A DNA stretch of 64,000 nt. It comes from Camelus dromedarius (lineage: Eukaryota). A program made the position numbers and the translations under genes. Where the stretch lies: NCBI RefSeq assembly GCF_036321535.1, contig NC_087438.1, forward strand, positions 560,001-624,000, read 5' to 3'. Shown here in pieces: positions 23,501 to 32,500 of this stretch. The first letter of the stretch is position 1, and every line of letters begins with the position of its first letter. The notes under the pieces are model-generated. The model ran no database searches, was not told where the DNA came from, and saw only the letters and a program-made list of their open reading frames with translations.

Positions 23501-26500
23501 CCCTCCACCTGCTGCCCCACCTGCCTCCTTCCTCTTCTTCCCCCCAGCCCTCACTGCCATCACCCTGCAGTACCCTTGACCTTTGACCCTTGGCCCTGGT
23601 GCTTCTCCCTCTCCCCGCCTTGGGGTTTCTCAAATCTCACCCCTTGCCTTTTCCCGCATGGTCCAGTTCTGTCCAGTGCGTGATGACCGCAAGCCTCCCC
23701 CACCTCTCACCCCACACCAGTCCTGTCCACGTCCAGTGTCCTGACAGCCCTGAGCAGGGGCTCAGGTGCCCCCGACCCTGGCCCAGGCATCCTGGCCTGA
23801 ATGTCGCATTGTCCCCTGCTCCCTGCCCAGCCCCAGGTGCCTCCTAAACTGCCCTCAAGTGGCCTTGGTCACCGGCAGCACAAGCCTGGTGGGTGCCTCC
23901 CCTGGCTGTGCCCCTTTGCCTCGCAGGGGGCAGCCCATGGGGGAGCAGGCGGTGCGGCTGCAGAGAGGCGCCTGGGAGCCTGGGAGCTCGTCTGCTGGTG
24001 ACGGGGTGTCAGAGGAGAGGTCCGGCTTGTTTCTGACTTTGGGAAACACCTGGTGACGGCACCTTCTAGATCATATATGTGGCCCCGGGTGTAGGACCTG
24101 CAGGCCCTGTGGCCCCAGACATCTGCCCAGCATTGAGACCAGCCTCTCCTGAGGGACCTGGGGAGAATCCCCGCCCTCCCCCAGAGGAGCCCCTCTCCCC
24201 TATCTCTCCCTCTCTGTCTTCCTCCTCCCCGACCCTCACTTGGACTCCCATCCACACTGAGCCCCCTTCTGCCCCCCTCAGTGCCCCTCATCTCGGGACT
24301 CGGGAATTCACCCAGTCCAAGGGGGCGGCCGTCACGGAGCCAGGATTTCCAGATCCCTAGAGGTTTTGCACATGAGGCACAAGGCAGCTGCAGCCCCCGT
24401 GGAGGGGGTCACACCCTGTTTTCAGGGAAAGGGGGCGGTTCCAGGAGCAGTGGCAGGGGGACAGGGGTCTTCCTCACGAGGTTGGCGGCGCAGCCCCGCT
24501 CTCCGCGGGGGACGCCCTGGAGACTTGTCACAGCAACACATCCCTGAGGCTGTTCACAGAAAGGAAACCGCGCTCTTGGTCCTCTGGACTCAACACCCAG
24601 CTGGAATTCTGAGCAGAGTCAATACCGGATGCGCCAGCCGGAAGCTCCCTGTCCTTAGGGGTCTGTGAAGGGTCCACCTGTGGGGCGGACACGCGTCTCT
24701 CCTCCTTGCGTCTCTCCTCGCGTCTCCAGCTGTGACCCTGGCTTTGAAGCCGGGCCGCAGTCTCTCTGCCCCCTCAGGCCAGAGGAGCTGGTCATTGAGC
24801 TGGGGTTCATGGCCAATATATTTCTGCATTTGTCTCCCGCCCTGTTTCGGGGTGTAGCCCCCCTCGAGCATGTGCATGGTAAGAACCGCTCCTGCATCCC
24901 AGCTTTGCTCCCCATGAAGGACGTGGAGGCCACGTGGCCAGGCAGCTGGTTCCGGACTGGAGACCAGTCACAGCTTCTGGACGATGCTGGACTGAATAGC
25001 AGCCCTGAACACGTGCTCATAACGCCTTCCTGGAGCCTATGACTGACACCCGACAGAAAAGGGGTCTTGGCAGACAGGATTAAGAGAGGGATCTTGAGAC
25101 GGAAGTTGTCCTGGTGGCACTGACTGCCCCCACGTGTCTCTGTGAGGGCGAGGCCGTGGGGCTCCGATGGACCACACAGGAGAGACTGTGTGACCACCAG
25201 CTGAGGTTGGAGGGACGTGGCCACAGGCCCAGGGACACCAGGGCCCCTGGGAGCCTGAGAAGGCAGGAAGGAGCCTCCCTGGAGCCTCCAAAAGGAGCTC
25301 CCATGACACCTGGATGCCAGGCTTCTGGCCCCGGAATTGGAAGAGGATAAATTCCTTTTGTTTGAAGCTGCCCCGTTTGTGGCCATTTGTCACAGCAGCC
25401 CAGACGCTGACTTGCTGTCCCCCAGGCACTCTATCCCTGACAGCTCCTGCTTACTGAAGCCCAGGAACCCCGGACCCCTGTGCTGACTCGCACGGAGCAC
25501 CTAGTTTGAGCTATGCTGGGTCTTCAAAGGGAAGCTCAGGGCAGGTTTCATCTGTTCGGAAAGAAGAGATGCCCACCCTTCTTGGGACAAAGCCAGGCCT
25601 GAACTGACCGCGAGGGCTGCCGCCTGGAGACCTTTCGTTCTCCTGGAGCTTCTGAGGGGTGTGACAGAAGCTCTGGGGGGTCAGAATGTGAGCCCCAGGC
25701 TCGTTAGCCACTGAGCACCTGCCACAGACCCGTGTCCACGCCAGGACCTTGGGTGGACCCTGAGTTCAGAAGCCGAGCCCCCAAGTGGATGCCGGACACA
25801 CTCCCAGCCCGTGTCCAGGGCTGCCCAGCTGGCTCTGCTGCAAGGCATGATCACACGCCATGCAGCCAGAGGAAAGGGGGGGCCAGCCCGTGGGGTTTTC
25901 ACAGGGGTGTCCCCTCCCTGGGGCCTCATGTTTCCAACAGACCATAAGGTCGGGCCAGGGCACCCAGAGGTTTTTAACCAGACTCTAGCAGGCAGACGAT
26001 GGAGCGGGTCTTCTCATGGCACTCGCCTGGCCCAGGTCTCCACGGGGGCAGCAGTAACTCTGGCCGCCCCGGTTTCCTGGAGGACTTCCTGGGAGCCAGG
26101 AGACGGGAAACGGAGAGCTTTTGCTCTGTCAAGAGTGTGGGGTTTTCAAGGTCAGCAGGCGGCCCTGAAGACCCAGGAAGGTGATCACAGATGCACCAAA
26201 GTCTGAAGGAGTATGTGAACGTTGACAGTGGAAAAGCAGATGCATTCAGGAGGTGGTTATTTGTGTCGCCAAAGGTTTCTCCTCCGATCACCGGGACATC
26301 CCCACGCCCCCGTGGCCTGAAACAGGAGTCCATCTCCTGCGCCTCGACCAGGGTGTGTGTGGCCCCCCCAGACCTGGCACCACAGGGTGGACAGCCCAGC
26401 GCCGATGCAGGGTGGGGACCCCTGGACCTCCTGGGAGGCCGGGAGCTGAGATCTCAGGGGAAATCTCTGACGTCTCCATGCCCATGGGTAGCGGTGGGAA

Positions 26501-29500
26501 ACGTCTGGTGGGCCTTACCTGGACAGATGGGCTGTACTGGGCCTCAGAGCAGGACCTGTCCAGGTCAGGGGCCACCTCCCGGGAGGACAGAGAACTCAGT
26601 TCTGTGCTGTGGCTCGTGAAGCAGACGGCCTCGGGAGTCTGAGTTTAGGACAGAGTCATGGCAGGCTGTGTGGATGGCGGCCTCTGGGGGCAGTGACCCA
26701 CGAGCCTGGGGTCTCCCCTGAGAGCCCCTGCAGGGTGAGAGGGGCAGGGATGGGACTGTGGGGGCCCTGATCCCATCCCCGGGGCCAGCAGAGAGCCTGG
26801 CAGGCACTGGAGAGTGAACACACGGTGCTTCAGGGCTGCAGGAGGTGGGAGCCGGGAGGCGAGGGGACAGCAGCCCAGGCCGGGCCTGGGGGTCAGTAGA
26901 GCCGACATCACATACAGTGCCAAGGACCCTCTCCAGGCAGGAGGGAGGGGCGAGGGTGGGGGCCAGAACGGAGTGACAGGCGGGGTTGGAGGGTTTTATA
27001 TGCGGGAGACTGGGGCTCCTTTCTCGGGGGGCAAAGGGCATGAGGGGTGAGGTTGGCGCTGGGGGGTTCTGCAGCAGGAGGGGCTCAGAGTAGGGCCGGG
27101 TGCACGCTTAGCACGGCTGGGGCATCCCAGGAGGGGTGGGGCGGGCCCCGCCCCGGGGGAGGTGCTGCTGCAGGAGGGGGCCTTGCCTGGGGACGTTAGA
27201 GATGGGCGTCCGTGTGCACCCCAGTCTGGCTTGAGGGCCCTGGCTATCTGGACACTTGGGAGGTCACCCGGCAGGGAGCGGCCGCACTCCTGGCCAGCAG
27301 CCCTACAGTGGGTTTCCGACGTTGCAATGAAAGCTCTCGGCCCTTCTGTGTCTCCAAAGCAGAATGGATTAAAGGGCATTTCTGTGTGACCAGGACGGAT
27401 TCGACTGAAGTCACCAATCACAGGGACGAGCAGGGTTGCTTCTCCCACAAACGCCCTCTTTTCCCACACGGGCCCCGCCCTGCGCCTCAGAGGTTGCTGC
27501 TGACTGGGGTCCACGCTGCGCCGTCTGACGTCGGGCTGAGTGTGGGTGAACGTTTCCTCAGAGGCCCCTCGCTTCTGCCGCTTCAGGGACCGTCACGGCT
27601 GGCCGTCGTGATCGCTGCGACCCCGGGGTCATCCCGGGCCGTCGGCGTTGTGTCGCTGTGTCATTATTGTGTAATTGTAGCATTATTGTGCTGTTTTTGT
27701 TATTGTAGTGTTGGGAGCGTCTCAGGGTCCCACCAAGGGTCTGTGCAGACTTTCTGTCTTGAACCTTCCGCCGGCCCAAAGCGTTTGTACCCTTGTCTGT
27801 AACCAACACAATCGCCAAAAGCAAGTGCTCACATTATTTTAAAAACAAGATTGGAACGTATTTTTGAACTTTCAGCTAATTCAGCCTTGCGTGTTAGGGT
27901 GCCTGGCTGGGCCTGTCTCCCTTTGGCATCTCGGCTGCATCAGGGGAGCGACTGAGACCCCCGGGCTGCAGCCCGCCGCTCAGGCTGCCTGCTGCCAGGC
28001 CCTGCGGGAGCTGGTCTCCGGGCTCCGGCCGTTTCACCCGTGACGTTGGCTCTTTCCGCAAGAAATGCTGTGCTCCGCCCGGCCTCAGATCCTTCCATCA
28101 AGAGTGGGCGGCTGCCGCCGATATGTTTACTTCTGTGATTGTAACCAGATGGGCAAGGGAGGCTCGGGCCGGGCTGGGATCCTCTGGAACCGTGCAGAGT
28201 CTGGGCGTCTGACCCCCGGAGCCTGGCTGGACGCCTGGAGAGGGCATGCGGTGGAGGGTCTCTTAGTGATCAGGAGTTTTATTCCTTATTAAAACAAACT
28301 CCAGCCCATGTCCCACCTGGCACCCTAAGAACCCACAGAGGCAGCCTCGTTCTGAGGGGGTGATGCGCGTGGCGGTTCAGGGCAGGGATTAGGAGGGAGG
28401 AGGATGCCGGGAGGGGGCCACTGTGGGAGCTCCGGAGACAGACGGCAGGGGTCCCCCTCCTTCCTGGGCCCGGCGATGCCAGCTCCACCCACTCATCCCC
28501 TCGAAGCTCCGTCGGCACGGCGATGGTTCCTGAACGATCCATGTCCTCCCGCGGTGGCCAATGACCGGCCGGCTTCCTTCCCGCGACGTGCACAGGGCCC
28601 CCTGGCCCAGGAGGCATCTCGTGCAGACAAGCCCGTCTCTGCCCCCGGCTCCGCCCTTGATGCAGCCCCAGCGAGCCTGCCGGGGTCCCTTCCCCACACA
28701 GAGGGCCGCTGGGCTGGGCCTCAGCACACTGGGCAGTGTGCGCCACAGTCACAGGCGTGTGCTCGGCTCCTCGTTCCCAGGCTCAGGGGCTTCAGGATCC
28801 TCGCTCCCAGGCTCAGGGGCTTCAGGCTCCTCGTTCCCAGGCTCAGGGGCTTCAGGCTCCTCGTTCCCAGGCTCAGGGGCTTCAGGATCCTCGCTCCCAG
28901 GCTCAGGGGCTTCAGGGTCCTCGTTCCCAGGCTCAGGGGCTTCAGGCTCCTCGTTCCCAGGCTCAGGGGCTTCAGGCTCCTCGTTCCCAGGCTCAGGGGC
29001 TTCAGGGTCCTCGTTCCCAGGCTCAGGGGCTTCAGGCTCCTCGTTCCCAGGCTCAGGGGCTTCAGGCTCCTCGTTCCCAGGCTCAGGGGCTTCAAGGTCC
29101 TCGTTCCCAGGCTCAGGGGCTTCAGGCTCCTCGTTCCCAGGCTCAGGGGCTTCAGGCTCCTCGTTCCCAGGCTCAGGGGCTTCAGGCTCCTCGTTCCCAG
29201 GCTCAGGGGCTTCAGGCTCCTCGTTCCCAGGCTCAGGGGCTTCAGGCTCCTCGTTCCCAGGCTCAGGGGCTTCAGGCTCCTCGTTCCCAGGCTCAGGGGC
29301 TTCAGGCTCCTCGTTCCCAGGCTCAGGGGCTTCAGGCTCCTCGTTCCCAGGCTCAGGGGCTTCAGGCTCCTCGTTCCCAGGCTCAGGGGCTTCAGGCTCC
29401 TCGTTCCCAGGCTCAGGGGCTTCAGGCTCCTCGTTCCCAGGCTCAGGGGCTTCAGGCTCCTCGTTCCCAGGCTCAGGGGCTTCAGGCTCCTCGTTCCCAG

Positions 29501-32500
29501 GCTCAGGGGCTTCAGGGTGTGTTTTATGTTTGTTGTCGAGGAACCTCCTCCGTCAAAAGGACCGGTTTGTACATCTGGGCCAAAGCGTTAAGGTGTTTCT
29601 GTGGTTGGGCTTCATCTCGTTTGTGCTCAAGCCTCAGACAGAATGAGCTGGAGGTGCAGCGCTGCATTTGAGGGCGGCCTGTGTCCCTTCTCTCCTGCCA
29701 AAGGACACGGCCCCCTCGAGGGGGCTGGCGGGCCTGGTGCGAGGGTGCTGGGTCCGGCTGGTGGCACCGGCCCCGGTGAGAACCTGAAAGTGTGGTGCCA
29801 GCGTCGCGGCCACATGGAGCCTCCTGTTTTCTGCAGTGAGTGGGGCACCGCAGGCCAGAGTGAGGGTGCCTCCAGGCCACGCATGGGGTCAGATGCGCCC
29901 GATGAGCCGTGAAGGTGGAGGCCCCTCCACGTGTGGTCTCCCTGACGCCAGCTGGTCCCTGGACGTGGTCCCTCCTGGGTGGGCCTGAACACCTGGGCAC
30001 GCCCTCCAAGGCCTGGGCCAGCCGGTCCTGGACTCAACCTCTTGGTGAGAATGCTCCCAGTTTGTCCAGATGACAAGGAATGCCAGCAGGATGATCTGAG
30101 ACAGTACCACACCGTGGAGGTGGCGTCAGGCCCTTCTGTGGACAGGGTGGGAGCCAGTCCCCTCCCCACTGCCTGTAACCGGGGTGGCAGCTGATCAGAG
30201 CCGTCCAGCAGGCACTGCAGGGACTCTGACCAAGGTCCCAGAGCACCTGGGATGTCAGGTGACCTTGTGGGGTGACCCCACTGGGCCTCCTGCCGCGCTG
30301 GGCCCGGGCCAGGGCCTGAGCCCGCGGGAGAGAGGAGAGACCCTGTGACCCGGCTGCAATAGTGCCCTGGGGCCTGGAGGGCCGGTGGGCGGGCGGCCGT
30401 GGGGGCCCACGTCCATATGCACACAGCCTCCCCTGTGCACCCCTGGCCGTGCTCTCAGCAGCTCCGCACCCTCGGCAGCAGAAACGGAAATGCTGGGAAC
30501 CGCGGCCTGCCCGGTTCCTGGGGGGCGCTGCCCTGCGACCCCCTACCAGGGACTGGGATGCGGCCTGGCCACGCTGCACCCGCTTCCTGTGTCCGTGCTC
30601 TTACTTTTGTGGCCTGTCCCCGAGGACCACGCAAATGTCTGTCCTGTAGTTTCCCGGCAGAATTGTCCTTTGGATTTGTTGGAAGTCTGGTCCCATTTTT
30701 CCATAACTGCTCTTGGGGCGGCTGTGGAAGCAGGGGGCTTCCATCTGGGCCCTCGGCCGCCTGGGGGAGGTGCCGGCCCCCGGGTTCACGGGTACGTGGG
30801 GCAGCTCAGCCCAGTTCTTGTCGGGCTCCGGCAGGGGGTGCTGCAGGTGGGCTGGGGAGCAGAGGGCGGGTGGGTCTGCTCGCAGCCTGCTGTCTTCTTC
30901 GGCACCACCTCTCCTGGCAAAGACTGGCAGTGAGCCTTGTTCTCAGGGTGGCCGCGCAGTTGTGGGCACTGTTGCAGGTGCCCTATCTAGTCCTGGAGAC
31001 AGTTCTGATAGAACCGGACAACACTGTGGGACGTGCGTTTGTTTTACTTTAAAAAACCCAAGGCTTAGTGAGGTGTGGGGAGGTTGGCGTTTCTGGACCG
31101 TGAGTGCCTGACACCCCAGGGCATGGGGTTCGGTTCAGTTCCCAGATCTCGTACTGGAATGTCCACAGTCTGCCCTGTTCTTTCTCCCTGCAGGAGCTGC
31201 CCAGCGGGGACCCCAAGGAAGGACATTTCTGGGAGGACCAGCGCCCACTAGAGGGTAAGGCCCAGCATGCTGTGTTAGTGTCAGGCTGTCCCAGTGGTCA
31301 TCATGTGAAATGCAGCCGCCCTGAGTGGCCGCCACGCACAGGTGTCTGCGGCGGAGGGTTCTCTGTGCAGCACGGCAGATGGTCACCAGGCTTCCCTGGG
31401 GGACGGGTCCCAGGGTGAGTGTCCCTATCATGTGGGCAAGGAGTCGCTCCGGGTGCAGGAGGCCAACCAGCAGGGCTGCTTCAGAGGGGCCCTGAGAGCC
31501 CTAGTCAGGAGCTCGGGCACCGAGCATCCTCCTGGCAGCTGGACGAGTGCCATCGGCAGGTGCGAGAGGAGCACACCCGGGTGCCCACCCTGGAGAGCAG
31601 GTGCACCCGGGAGCAAGAGCTCATGGTCCACCCTCACCCAGCGGTCAGGGAGGGCGCTGCCCAGTGCACAGGCCTCCGTGGACTCGGGTTGAGGGTTGCT
31701 GGGAGACCGGGCCGTGTCGACGGGCAGGGGAAGCCAGACGATGCAGTGATTCTCCTGGGGGTCCCGCGGGCTGGGACCTCCTTGCGGGCCTGCAGGCCTA
31801 CCTTCTCCCAGCCCTGTGCTTCGAAGCGACTGCTGGTCAGGTATGGCAGAGGCAGAGGACACACCTGGCCATGGCTCAGCCGGGGCGGGGGGAGCTGGGG
31901 ACACACCTGGCCGTGGCTCACCTGGGCGAGAGCTGCTCAGCCGTCTGCTTGGGTCTCTTGGTGCCAGTGTCTGGGAAGGCCAGGTTCTTGGCTCAGAACC
32001 ATCCTGGAGGGGCCCCGAGGCTCAGCAAGGACTCGGGGGCTCTCGGGCCACCCTTCCCCACGCCCTCTGCCCTGCAGCATCAGCTGGGCTGGGCCTGGGC
32101 AGACGGCCCTTCTCACCTGTCCTGTCATCTTGTCGCTGCAGTGGTGCTGCCGCCTGAGAAGGCCGAGGGCCGAGAGGGCCTGGGACAGCTCTTGAGCCCA
32201 GAGGGTGCAGAGAGGGCGGCAGCCCGCGAGGGCCCCCGAGGCCTGGGCAGGAAGCGCCTGAACGTTGACGTAGGTCTTCGCTCCTGCCTACCTCGTGGGG
32301 CGGGGCCGACGGCCGGGATGGACGTCCCTGCGCCCTGCGGCCTGGGCGGCTCCCCTGAGGGTCAGCGGGTTGGGGGAGTTACAGGGCCCTGGGCTGGGCT
32401 GCTCCGGTGGGCAGGCTTCAGGGGTGGAGGTGTCGCCGTGGCTAGCCAGTGTGGTGCCAGGTACTGAGCGATGTCCCCGGGCGTCCCTGCGGCACAGGGG

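Noticed and set aside
28765..29514. CRISPR-like array of 30-bp repeats
   Set aside because: Head-to-tail repeats with no unique spacers and no cas genes, in mammalian DNA.
28404..29671. Three long overlapping + strand ORFs (395, 361 and 311 aa) with decapeptide repeats
   Set aside because: They are by-products of a stop-free 30-bp minisatellite inside an intron, with no independent coding evidence.
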